The position numbers and the translations under genes are program-made. Positions 1-7,368 of a stretch of 39,185 bases of DNA are shown here, piece after piece (the stretch's first letter is position 1; every line of letters starts with the position of its first letter). The stretch is taken from positions 1-39,185 of the IMG/VR virus record IMGVR_UViG_3300028587_000004; one strand, written 5' to 3'. This DNA comes from a virus (taxonomy: Duplodnaviria > Caudoviricetes). The notes below the pieces were generated by a model. The model was given only the letters and a program-made list of their open reading frames with translations. It was not told the DNA's origin and did no database searches.

Positions 1-127
1 GGACAAGCCATAAAACAATGAACTGTCCAATCTTGGGCTTTGTGTGAGAACTGTTGCATTACTGAATCTCCAGCCTATGAAGATGACCACGGAACTCAAG
101 AAGATCACTCTTAAGGTCTGCAATATG
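1..127. repeat. 127-bp terminal overlap (copy 1); circular assembly
   Basis: 1-127 is identical to 39059-39185, and an ORF reads across the junction. Confidence 0.95.
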
Positions 128-274
128 CCCTCTATTACCTCCTACTTGTGCAATGGCAATATCAAACTCTGTCTGCCAGATACATAACTTGAGGAACATT
201 CTTTGAAACATTCGACCTATACGTGAGTCTTCAATAGGACGGTTTAGGTCTGCCCATGTCTTGTTGTATTTCAT
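59..274 (-). CDS. hypothetical protein
   Basis: 71-aa ORF; start overlaps the stop of the upstream gene in the leftward operon. Confidence 0.7.
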   Translation of the reverse strand: MKYNKTWADLNRPIEDSRIGRMFQRMFLKLCIWQTEFDIAIAQVGGNRGHIADLKSDLLEFRGHLHRLEIQ

Positions 275-576
275 TTCGGTTCCTTTGCGCGTGCTTTCAT
301 AGATGCCTCAATCTCATACTCTTGAACCCTGACATCTACATCTCGTCCATGCAGAGCCATCTTTGCCGCATAGTCCCAAGCAACCGCATTAGCCTGAGCG
401 AAACCCTGAAGCCCTAGTTCATAAAGAATGCCGCCGTTAAGTCTTGGATACGGGATACCTGCGCCATCAATTGAGTCATTGACTGCAAGATCACTCCACT
501 TTTCTTCATTCTTAACCTGAGCCTTATATCCGCGTGTTTTCACAGATCGAGTCGGGCACCATTCTTCTTTATCCAT
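271..576 (-). CDS. hypothetical protein
   Basis: Start moved to MDKEEW (576), which has a GGAGG RBS. Confidence 0.7.
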   Translation of the reverse strand: MDKEEWCPTRSVKTRGYKAQVKNEEKWSDLAVNDSIDGAGIPYPRLNGGILYELGLQGFAQANAVAWDYAAKMALHGRDVDVRVQEYEIEASMKARAKEPK

Positions 577-577
577 C

Positions 578-673
578 TCATCCTCCAAACTCAATATACC
601 AATCATTAATTAAATAGTAGAGTATTAGTACCTTTACTATGGTTGATGTGAATAACAGTAAATGTAGGTACAT
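578..673 (-). CDS. small hydrophobic peptide (31 aa)
   Basis: Hand translation MYLHLLLFTSTIVKVLILYYLINDWYIEFGG fills the gap between genes. Confidence 0.35.
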   Translation of the reverse strand: MYLHLLLFTSTIVKVLILYYLINDWYIEFGG

Positions 674-674
674 C

Positions 675-710
675 TTTATTTGTCTTCGGGCTTAAACATG
701 GGTGTCTCGG
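675..710 (-). repeat. dispersed 36-bp element
   Basis: CCGAGACACCCATGTTTAAGCCCGAAGACAAATAAA, directly after the stop of gene 712-1287. Confidence 0.9.
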
Positions 711-711
711 C

Positions 712-1287
712 TTACTGGGCAGCAGGATGGAAAACATGCATATCTGGGCTGGAATTGCGCTCACCTTCTGATTTGTTTTGGTCACCAAGGCTTTTCACAT
801 GAAACACTTCGGTCAGCAATTGATCTAGTGTCTTACGAAGCTCAGAGCGAAGAGAGTCTTTCAGATGGCTTCCAATCTGTACCATGTGCTGCTTCATTTC
901 ATTACTGAACCCATCCGCCGCAACCGTAAGCATGATGTACTCGGCACGAGAAATTGAGCTGTAAGACGAGTCGGTTTTCTTGCCGTTCTTATCCACTCGC
1001 TCAGTCCAGTAGTTATTAACTTGGCGCTCAAGTTGTTGTCGAATCGTTGTTGTTTCACCAGATGGGCGACCAAATGTATCAACAGGCGTATAGGCATGGT
1101 CGAAACCATCATCCAGTGCCTTTTGAAGAATCCCATCAAGCGCTTTGCCTACCCCCGCCGTAATTCGCTTATCCATCTCTTTCTCAACGCGGCTACTGAT
1201 GGCAGACGACAAATCTATATTGCCGATAATCTCCTCAGAAACTTTGTCAATGATTGATTGTTCCAGCTTTTCGATATTGAATTCCAT
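712..1287 (-). CDS. hypothetical protein (cassette cargo)
   Basis: 191-aa ORF with a GGAG RBS. Confidence 0.85.
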   Translation of the reverse strand: MEFNIEKLEQSIIDKVSEEIIGNIDLSSAISSRVEKEMDKRITAGVGKALDGILQKALDDGFDHAYTPVDTFGRPSGETTTIRQQLERQVNNYWTERVDKNGKKTDSSYSSISRAEYIMLTVAADGFSNEMKQHMVQIGSHLKDSLRSELRKTLDQLLTEVFHVKSLGDQNKSEGERNSSPDMHVFHPAAQ

Positions 1288-1295
1288 TTGAATCT

Positions 1296-1334
1296 CCGAA
1301 GTATTGCCCGTGTTACTACCACAGGACTAATTAA
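1296..1334 (+). repeat. degenerate 36-bp element, inverted partner of 675-710
   Basis: CCGAAGTATTGCCCGTGTTACTACCACAGGACTAATTAA. Confidence 0.5.
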
Positions 1335-1609
1335 AAAGAATTGCTACTGTTTTCGTTTTGAACTGATGAGATAGCGCCAAACCAATACTGCAATTTCCCG
1401 ATATTTTCTGATAGATAGATAGCTATATCACCTGACTCTTGGTATCCCCTCCGAAAATCAAGACAAGGGCCGCTATCATCAAAATCTGCTGTGCTATACA
1501 AAAAATCATGAACATCAACGCCAATCTCCTTGCAGGCGTCATGAACCGTTCCGCCTTGCCATCCAAGCAAATACATTAGGTTTTTTGTCCTAGTTTCAGG
1601 CTTCATCAC
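1331..1609 (-). CDS. hypothetical protein
   Basis: 92-aa ORF abutting its neighbours. Confidence 0.75.
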   Translation of the reverse strand: MMKPETRTKNLMYLLGWQGGTVHDACKEIGVDVHDFLYSTADFDDSGPCLDFRRGYQESGDIAIYLSENIGKLQYWFGAISSVQNENSSNSF

Positions 1610-1951
1610 TCACCCCTCAAAGTTACCGTTCTTAACCTTAGCCAAATACTGGGGCCATAGGACTTGATCTGCATAGCGTTCTGCTAGTTCTTGCAGGACT
1701 ACACGAAGCTTATCTGAGGCACTGGCACGCCCACCAGCATCGAAGTATTGGTGAATCGTCATCCAGACAGAAACAGCCTCATAAACATCTTCTGAGCCTG
1801 TCTGCTCGCCATCCCAAGTCAAAGCATGCAGCATTTTTCTGTAATCACTACGAATCTCAATAGCCTCAGCAGCCACCCATTCTTCTCTACCATCTTCCTT
1901 AGCATCCATAGGGCTATTGTTTCCTTCATACTTTCCGATGGGTTCAAACAT
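1610..1951 (-). CDS. hypothetical protein
   Basis: 113-aa ORF with an AAGGA RBS. Confidence 0.75.
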   Translation of the reverse strand: MFEPIGKYEGNNSPMDAKEDGREEWVAAEAIEIRSDYRKMLHALTWDGEQTGSEDVYEAVSVWMTIHQYFDAGGRASASDKLRVVLQELAERYADQVLWPQYLAKVKNGNFEG

Positions 1952-2114
1952 GGTTCATGATCCTTTGTGTTACTTCTTTTTCGATCAAGTCAGCAAACAA
2001 CTGCAGAGTCGCCGCATCGCTTACCGGCATTGGTTTATTTGATTCTTGACCATATGCAGTGCTGATCATGATCCCAGTTTCAAGTGCTAGAAGAATTACG
2101 TCTTCACGTTCCAT
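1944..2114 (-). CDS. hypothetical protein (56 aa)
   Basis: Hand translation MEREDVILLA...IMNHV with an AGGAG RBS. Confidence 0.6.
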   Translation of the reverse strand: MEREDVILLALETGIMISTAYGQESNKPMPVSDAATLQLFADLIEKEVTQRIMNHV

Positions 2115-2141
2115 ATCTCTATCTCCTATCTTCTAGGGTGA

Positions 2142-2408
2142 CTAACTACGACGAATCCGGTTATTGCGGCGGATAGTGCCGTAGCCGTAGCCGTAGCCGT
2201 AGCCGTAGCCGTAGCCGTAGCCGTAGCCGTAGCCGTAGCCGTTGCCGTAGCCGTAGCCGTCGCCGTAGCCGTAGCCGTAGCCGTAGCCGTAGCCGTAGCC
2301 GTAGCCGTTGCCGTAGCCGTAGCCGTAGCCGTAGCCGTTGCCGTAGCCGTAGCCGTAGCCGTTGCCGTAGCCGTAGCCGTCGCCTACCGGCTTAAAGGTG
2401 GCAGTCAT
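2142..2408 (-). CDS. Gly-Tyr dipeptide repeat protein (88 aa)
   Basis: MTATFKPV-(G-Y/N/D)n-TIRRNNRIRRS; ATG lies 1 nt after the stop of the upstream gene. Confidence 0.75.
   Translation of the reverse strand: MTATFKPVGDGYGYGNGYGYGYGNGYGYGYGYGNGYGYGYGYGYGYGYGDGYGYGNGYGYGYGYGYGYGYGYGYGYGTIRRNNRIRRS
2178..2384. repeat. hexanucleotide tandem repeat (GCCGTA)n, ~34 units
   Basis: GCCGTA units with occasional GCCGTT/GCCGTC variants. Confidence 0.97.
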
Positions 2409-2409
2409 G

Positions 2410-2736
2410 CTACAGGCCCCACGAACTATCCACAGGGATAGCGAAGATTTCAGCATCAGCCGGCATGTCAATATCAGCCAGAGGCTTAATCGTTACCTTG
2501 TTGCTCTTGGGTGCTTCGATCATTCCATTGAAACCGATGGAATCCCAGCGCAGGATATGGAGCGCACGGGACAGCTTGATACGACCATTCTCGCGGGTTA
2601 CATCGCCTGCGAAAATCCAGCCACGATCTACAACAATCACAGCACGGTTGCCTACGACAGGCTTTTGAATCTGGTCAGCACGAACATAATCCACGCCATT
2701 GATTGCGATAGTTTCGATTGCTTCTTGAGTTGCCAT
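2410..2736 (-). CDS. small beta-barrel phage protein (DUF6948-like)
   Basis: VIVVDRGWIFAGDV...LSRALHILRW motif; strong AAGGAG RBS; first gene of the leftward operon. Confidence 0.6.
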   Translation of the reverse strand: MATQEAIETIAINGVDYVRADQIQKPVVGNRAVIVVDRGWIFAGDVTRENGRIKLSRALHILRWDSIGFNGMIEAPKSNKVTIKPLADIDMPADAEIFAIPVDSSWGL

Positions 2737-2753
2737 TTTTACTTCTCCTTTGG

Positions 2754-2789
2754 TTAATTAAGCTTCTTGCTTAAACTCGGTTATCTCGG
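2754..2789 (-). repeat. dispersed 36-bp element
   Basis: CCGAGATAACCGAGTTTAAGCAAGAAGCTTAATTAA; first 28 nt identical to 38464-38491. Confidence 0.92.
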
Positions 2790-2797
2790 TGTTACCT

Positions 2798-2882
2798 AGT
2801 AGGTGATTCAGTCTATATACAAGTATCGGCGGGGCCATTGACTTGTTATCTACTGACAGTGCCTTTCGGTTTGCTTCCTACT
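2798..2882 (-). ncRNA. putative structured 5' leader of the leftward early transcript
   Basis: AGTAGG/CCTACT closing stem, CC-GAAA-GG, TCAGT/ACTGA and ACAAGT/ACTTGT stems. Confidence 0.4.
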
Positions 2883-2890
2883 GAGACTCA

Positions 2891-2918
2891 AGTATAAAGA
2901 TAATTTTCTACATTGCAA
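2891..2918 (-). promoter_or_regulatory. leftward sigma70-like promoter (pL-like)
   Basis: TTGCAA-N16-TATACT on the minus strand. Confidence 0.65.
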
Positions 2919-2950
2919 GGATTATTTTCGTATCAATCGAATAAAATCCT
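2918..2950. promoter_or_regulatory. putative operator (imperfect inverted repeat)
   Basis: AGGATTATTTTCG-N7-CGAATAAAATCCT between the divergent promoters; related half-site AAGATAATTTTC at 2897-2908. Confidence 0.55.
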
Positions 2951-2951
2951 C

Positions 2952-2979
2952 TTTACTTTTGCCACGGATCGTTTAACAT
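2952..2979 (+). promoter_or_regulatory. rightward sigma70-like promoter (pR-like)
   Basis: TTTACT-N16-TAACAT; predicted +1 is near the ATG at 2986. Confidence 0.5.
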
Positions 2980-2985
2980 GGACAC

Positions 2986-3195
2986 ATGGCTAATAAAACA
3001 CTTGAACAGCAATCGAACGAGCTTCGCGCTCTCCTTCCACCAGCGGAACAGGGTCAGTACGCCGAGATAGGGCGTTTATCTGGGCTGCACCCTACATGGG
3101 TGTCATTGTTTGCTAGGGGTAAGGTACCCAACCCCGGCGTGGTCACATTGGACAAGCTTAAATGTGGCTTGGCTTGTTGGCGGAAGAAGAAGTAA
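2986..3195 (+). CDS. Cro-like XRE helix-turn-helix regulator
   Basis: YAEIGRLSGLHPTWVSLFARGKVPNPGVVTLDKL HTH signature; first rightward gene. Confidence 0.75.
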   Translation: MANKTLEQQSNELRALLPPAEQGQYAEIGRLSGLHPTWVSLFARGKVPNPGVVTLDKLKCGLACWRKKK

Positions 3196-3815
3196 TGCAG
3201 CTAGATATGCATCAAATACTTGAGCGTATGGCTGTAAGTTCTGAACTAGAGCAGATATTTGCCGAAGCTTTGGAATCCAGAGATACGCCTGCCTATTGGC
3301 ATCGAATCCGTGATTTGTGGGCCGTTTTAATGCCTAAGGTCATGGAAGGTGAGTATGAGCCGTACTTTGTGGATTGGACGCTGATATTCACGCCTATTGA
3401 ACGCGCCGTATGGACTGATATTCGATCTGCTGGGCTTAAATTTCACCCACAAATACCAGTTGGTCGCCGATTCATTGACTTTGGCGACCCAGTCAAAAAG
3501 ATCGGCATTGAATGTGACGGTTCGGCATTTCATGTCCTAGAAAAAGATATTGAACGCGATAAAGAACTACTAGAACACGGCTGGACTGTCTATCACTTGA
3601 AAGGTCGTGAATGTCTGGTTGGAGAATGCCCGGACGATTGGGACAGCTTTGAAGGGCGGAAGCATGAGATTCGGCAGTGGATGACACAATCCGCTGGCGG
3701 TCTAATCCGAGCTATTGCGGATAAGCACTATGGTAGGAAGGCTTACCCATATTGCACGCCCTATATTGACGAAGCCCTAACCGAACACCTATTGATTGAG
3801 ACTGACCATGGCTAG
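3195..3815 (+). CDS. DUF559/Vsr-like PD-(D/E)xK endonuclease
   Basis: QIPVGRRFIDF...IGIECDGSAFH...DIERDKELLEHGWTVYH; TAATG-coupled start at 3195. Confidence 0.75.
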   Translation: MQLDMHQILERMAVSSELEQIFAEALESRDTPAYWHRIRDLWAVLMPKVMEGEYEPYFVDWTLIFTPIERAVWTDIRSAGLKFHPQIPVGRRFIDFGDPVKKIGIECDGSAFHVLEKDIERDKELLEHGWTVYHLKGRECLVGECPDDWDSFEGRKHEIRQWMTQSAGGLIRAIADKHYGRKAYPYCTPYIDEALTEHLLIETDHG

Positions 3816-4647
3816 AGCACGAAACATCAAGCCGTCATTTTTCACCAATGAACTACTTGGGACAATGGACCCAATAATTTGCCTCCTATTTGAGGGCCTA
3901 TGGTGCCTTGCAGACAGAACCGGGGTTTTGGAAGACCGCCCTTTACGTATAAAGGCTGAACTGTTTCCGTACCGTGAATCACTGGACATTAACGGTTATT
4001 TAACCGTGCTTGAACGGAGCATGTTTATCAAGCGCTACAAAGTGGATGGATCAGGTTATATCAAGGTGCTTAACTTCGAGAAGCACCAGACTCCACACCA
4101 TACAGAGAAGGCGAAGAATTACCCGCAACCATGCGACTCTGACGAAGAGTGCGAACTAACACCGTTATGCAACGGTGAAAAAACGGTGCCAGAACGCTCT
4201 GATTCATTGATTCCTGATTTACTGAATCATGATTCACTGATACCTGATTCAAAAAGTTCCCGTGGCGCTTCGCTAACGGACGGGAAAGAAAATGAGATTC
4301 AAGAGGCATGCCGGAAAACATGGTCTTCATACAACAATGCTTACTTTGGTCGCTATGGAACTGAGCCAGTCAGGAACGCGGCTGTTAATGCCGTGGTCAA
4401 GAACTTTGTAAAGCGGATTGGTTATGATGAGTCGCCAGAGGTTGCTGCCTTCTATGTTGGTCACAACGATTCCTTCTATGTCAAGAAGGGCCACGATTTT
4501 AAACAGCTTCTTGCTGACGCTGAAAAGGTCAGGATGGAGTGGGCAACTAACCGGAGAATTACCCAAACGTCTGCGAGACAGATTGACCGGACCAGTTCGA
4601 CCTATGACGCCGTAAGCGAAATCCTTGCCGAACGGGGTGCCGCATGA
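3808..4647 (+). CDS. replication initiator protein (lambda O-like role)
   Basis: N-terminal MARARNIKPSFFTNE motif typical of phage initiators; internal iteron-like repeats; position. Confidence 0.8.
   Translation: MARARNIKPSFFTNELLGTMDPIICLLFEGLWCLADRTGVLEDRPLRIKAELFPYRESLDINGYLTVLERSMFIKRYKVDGSGYIKVLNFEKHQTPHHTEKAKNYPQPCDSDEECELTPLCNGEKTVPERSDSLIPDLLNHDSLIPDSKSSRGASLTDGKENEIQEACRKTWSSYNNAYFGRYGTEPVRNAAVNAVVKNFVKRIGYDESPEVAAFYVGHNDSFYVKKGHDFKQLLADAEKVRMEWATNRRITQTSARQIDRTSSTYDAVSEILAERGAA
4200..4250. repeat. iteron-like repeats, candidate replication origin
   Basis: Seven TGATTC-like units; TGATTCAYTGATWCCTGATT occurs at 4200 and 4230. Confidence 0.6.
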
Positions 4648-5288
4648 GCAACGTTCTAAAGGCTATCGCCGTTACTGCCGAACTGACCGGAACCGAGTTG
4701 AGCAAGGCGTCTTTGCAAGTGATGGAGTCCGACCTCTTGCACTACCCTGAAAACGCCGTTCTAGCGGCTTTGGTTAAGTGCCGTAGGGAGTTGAAGGGGA
4801 AGCTAACGATATCGGCTGTAATCGAGCGTATTGACGCCGGAGATGGCAGGCCAACAGGTAATGAGGCTTGGTCTATCGCTTTGATGGGATTTGACGAGTC
4901 TCGAACGGTAGTGACGAATCAAGAAATAAACGAGGCAATGGGGTTTGCTAGACCGATCATGAAAACGGGCGATTCAACTGCCGCCCGTATGGCTTTCAGG
5001 GACGCTTACGAACGAATCGTGGCGGCTAACCGTGAGAAGAACATAACCCCCGGCTGGTTCCCGTCATTAGGAACGGATACAGGCCTGCGTGATGAAGTAA
5101 TCAAAGATGCCATAAGTTCTGGCAGGCTGGAAGGAAGTAAATACGCAGGAATGCTTACCTGCCAAGCGGTAAATGATGGTAAAGGCGTGATGGGATTGCT
5201 TGAGGATAAATCCGATATGTCCGGGCTGTCACCAAAGGCAATCGCTAGCATTGCGAAGATGAAAGAGATTATGAGGGCTAAGAAATGA
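4644..5288 (+). CDS. putative helicase loader (lambda P-like role)
   Basis: ATGA-coupled to the initiator; DGRPTGNEAW motif; call is mainly positional. Confidence 0.5.
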   Translation: MSNVLKAIAVTAELTGTELSKASLQVMESDLLHYPENAVLAALVKCRRELKGKLTISAVIERIDAGDGRPTGNEAWSIALMGFDESRTVVTNQEINEAMGFARPIMKTGDSTAARMAFRDAYERIVAANREKNITPGWFPSLGTDTGLRDEVIKDAISSGRLEGSKYAGMLTCQAVNDGKGVMGLLEDKSDMSGLSPKAIASIAKMKEIMRAKK

Positions 5289-5455
5289 CAAACCAACTAG
5301 GCTGCGCTGGCGGCTGGTGCCAATCCCGAGAGAAATGCGCTCATTACTTACTAGGACAAGCCACAGAAGACATAAGGCTATGTAGTAAGGAAGAGAACCC
5401 AATGGTTATCAAGGAATATGAGACTGAGGAGAAGAGTGATGAAGAAAGACTTTGA
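5285..5455 (+). CDS. small Cys-containing hypothetical protein
   Basis: Hand translation MTNQLGCAGGWCQSREKCAHY...; ATGA overlap. Confidence 0.5.
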   Translation: MTNQLGCAGGWCQSREKCAHYLLGQATEDIRLCSKEENPMVIKEYETEEKSDEERL

Positions 5456-5636
5456 AAAACTGACAGTTTGGGCTGCTGGCCTGACCGCAGAACAAATGCG
5501 CCCGTTGCTAGTTGAATTGGCTGATTACGCGGTTGATTCTGAGATGGTAAGTATTTATGACTTTGCGCCGTATTGGTCACACACAGGCGACCCGCTGATT
5601 GAAGGCCAAAAGACTCACGAAGACGATGATCTTTGA
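5439..5636 (+). CDS. hypothetical protein
   Basis: Start MKKDFEK with a GAGGAG RBS. Confidence 0.7.
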   Translation: MKKDFEKLTVWAAGLTAEQMRPLLVELADYAVDSEMVSIYDFAPYWSHTGDPLIEGQKTHEDDDL

Positions 5637-5637
5637 G

Positions 5638-5674
5638 CCGAGATCGCCCGCGTTTAAGCCAGAAGACAAATGAA
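5638..5674 (+). repeat. dispersed 36-bp element
   Basis: CCGAGATCGCCCGCGTTTAAGCCAGAAGACAAATGAA, directly after a stop codon. Confidence 0.9.
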
Positions 5675-5697
5675 AAATAAAGCCTTTGAAAGGAAAG

Positions 5698-5961
5698 ATG
5701 ATGACATTCAAGTTGCCTGAATTCCCGAAGAACTTTGACGATCTACTATCTGCTTACAGTGAAGCAGTAGCCACTGGTGGAGAGGTAGGGGAATGTTATT
5801 TGAACCTATACGATCTTATCAATGCAGACCGGGAAGCCTGTGCTAAGGCAGCACTAGAGGAAGCAATTAAATTGGCAGAAAAGTACAACGATGGACGCTA
5901 CGCCAACTGTGCTGATTTGATTGCAGGCGCTATCCGCCAACTCTCTGACGAGATAACCTAG
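5698..5961 (+). CDS. hypothetical protein
   Basis: ORF with an AAAGGA RBS; REACAK-type phage accessory motif. Confidence 0.7.
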   Translation: MMTFKLPEFPKNFDDLLSAYSEAVATGGEVGECYLNLYDLINADREACAKAALEEAIKLAEKYNDGRYANCADLIAGAIRQLSDEIT

Positions 5962-5984
5962 CCACGAAGTAAAGGACAAATAAA
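5948..5984 (+). repeat. degenerate 36-bp element
   Basis: ACGAGATAACCTAG...GACAAATAAA overlapping the stop codon; centre diverged. Confidence 0.55.
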
Positions 5985-6038
5985 GAAGTAAGGGTCCTGT
6001 GTGCCCTCTTACACACGGTAGATAGACAGGAGAATCAA

Positions 6039-6317
6039 ATGAAACTGAAGCCATTTAGCGAACTAGTAGGTAAGACCAAGGAAGTTGTTGATGCAGCACT
6101 GGCCCCTATGCGTGCCCGTCAGGTTAAGGCACAAGCAGAACTAGAGATGGCAAAGCTGGACGAAAAGGCCATTACCCTAGAGGCTGAGATTCAAGAGCTA
6201 TGCGCAACCAAGACCATTGACTTTGACAAGCTACTGAACAAGCTTGATGAAGTTGCCCTGATTGAGCGCCGCACCAAGCAGTACAAGCGCGTTCTTTCCG
6301 AATTGTTCCCGGAGTAA
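6039..6317 (+). CDS. coiled-coil hypothetical protein
   Basis: 92 aa with an AGGAG RBS. Confidence 0.8.
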   Translation: MKLKPFSELVGKTKEVVDAALAPMRARQVKAQAELEMAKLDEKAITLEAEIQELCATKTIDFDKLLNKLDEVALIERRTKQYKRVLSELFPE

Positions 6318-6320
6318 ATC

Positions 6321-6515
6321 ATGACTGGCTCACTTTTGGGAGGTCTTTACGATGACATCCAAAATTCCGCGATTCGTGATCAGGAACGTCAGCTTCGGAA
6401 ATTTAGAGAGGAGATGTTGTGGAAAATTGATTTTGGCAACAGTCAGAAAGAAGTTATGCCAATTGCTACGGAGCCAGAGCCAAATAAAGCTTTATTGCTT
6501 TTGGATGATGCCTAA
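6321..6515 (+). CDS. hypothetical protein
   Basis: 64 aa with a GGAG RBS. Confidence 0.65.
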   Translation: MTGSLLGGLYDDIQNSAIRDQERQLRKFREEMLWKIDFGNSQKEVMPIATEPEPNKALLLLDDA

Positions 6516-6518
6516 CCA

Positions 6519-7115
6519 ATGACCTTCTCTAGCCGTCCAAAGAAGTGCGCTATCTGTAGAAACCCATTTCAACCTCGCAGCATGACGCATAAAGCCTGTA
6601 GTCCTGATTGCGCAGTTGAGCTAGCAAGGATTGAGCGAGAGAAGAAAGAACGCAAGGAAGCCCGTTTAGAGGCCCGTAGAGCGGCTGAAGAGAAAAGGCA
6701 GCACAAGGAGAAGCTGGAGTACTACAAGAAGCTCCAATGGCACCTAGAACGCGCTCAGACAGCTTTCAATGCCTATATCAAGGCTAGGGACTTTGGAAAG
6801 CCATGCGGGTGCTGCGGTAGGCCTTTGGACTGGTATTTGAACAAGGACATAGATTGTGGTCACTTCAGGACTGTTGCAGCGGCAGGGCACCTTAGATACA
6901 ACGAAGATAACGCCTCAGCTCAATCAGTATATTGCAACCGTAACAAGGCAGGGAATCAGGCAGAGTACAGACAAAACCTGATTCAAAGAATTGGGGTTGA
7001 GAGAGTCGAGGCACTGGAAAACGACAATCGGCCACGGAACTGGACGCGGGAAGAATTGGCAGAGATAACCGCCCATTACCGGGCAAAGCTAAAGGAGCTT
7101 AAAGATGGAAGATAA
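6519..7115 (+). CDS. ninG: NinG/Rap family junction endonuclease
   Basis: KKCAIC...CSPDCA, AQTAFNAYIKARD, PCGCCG, DCGHFRTV, LRYNEDN, CNRNKAGN motifs. Confidence 0.9.
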   Translation: MTFSSRPKKCAICRNPFQPRSMTHKACSPDCAVELARIEREKKERKEARLEARRAAEEKRQHKEKLEYYKKLQWHLERAQTAFNAYIKARDFGKPCGCCGRPLDWYLNKDIDCGHFRTVAAAGHLRYNEDNASAQSVYCNRNKAGNQAEYRQNLIQRIGVERVEALENDNRPRNWTREELAEITAHYRAKLKELKDGR

Positions 7116-7368
7116 CTGGCAACCAATCGATACTGCACCTGAAGGTAAGCTCGTTGTAGTTATGTGGCTAGATAAGGAAGATATTGATCATCCGGCGCGT
7201 TATGCGTTTGATTGGAAGGATGATGGTTTGTGGCTGGACTACTTCAATGAACATGAGCATTACGCTATTGCTGGCGTGGCGCGAGGTAATTCTGAGGACG
7301 CACCATACCAATACTGGATGCCCCTACCTAGCCCACCGAGACAACCTATAAACGGAGAGGAAGAATAA
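7105..7368 (+). CDS. DUF551-like protein
   Basis: WQPIDTAP...YWMPLPSPP. Confidence 0.75.
   Translation: MEDNWQPIDTAPEGKLVVVMWLDKEDIDHPARYAFDWKDDGLWLDYFNEHEHYAIAGVARGNSEDAPYQYWMPLPSPPRQPINGEEE
7336..7368 (+). repeat. degenerate 36-bp element
   Basis: CCGAGACAACCTA---TAAACGGAGAGGAAGAATAA ending in the stop codon. Confidence 0.45.

Noticed and set aside
2178-2384. Diversity-generating retroelement target (TAC/AAC/GAC variation)
   Set aside because: There is no reverse transcriptase and no template/variable repeat pair in the genome.
5395-5415. Possible upstream inverted partner (GGTTATC) for the 5638 element
   Set aside because: Only about 7 nt match, which is too weak to call.
7060-7072. 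CAGAGATAACCGC matching the first 13 nt of the 32427 copy
   Set aside because: It lies inside ninG coding sequence and the rest of the motif is absent; probably chance.
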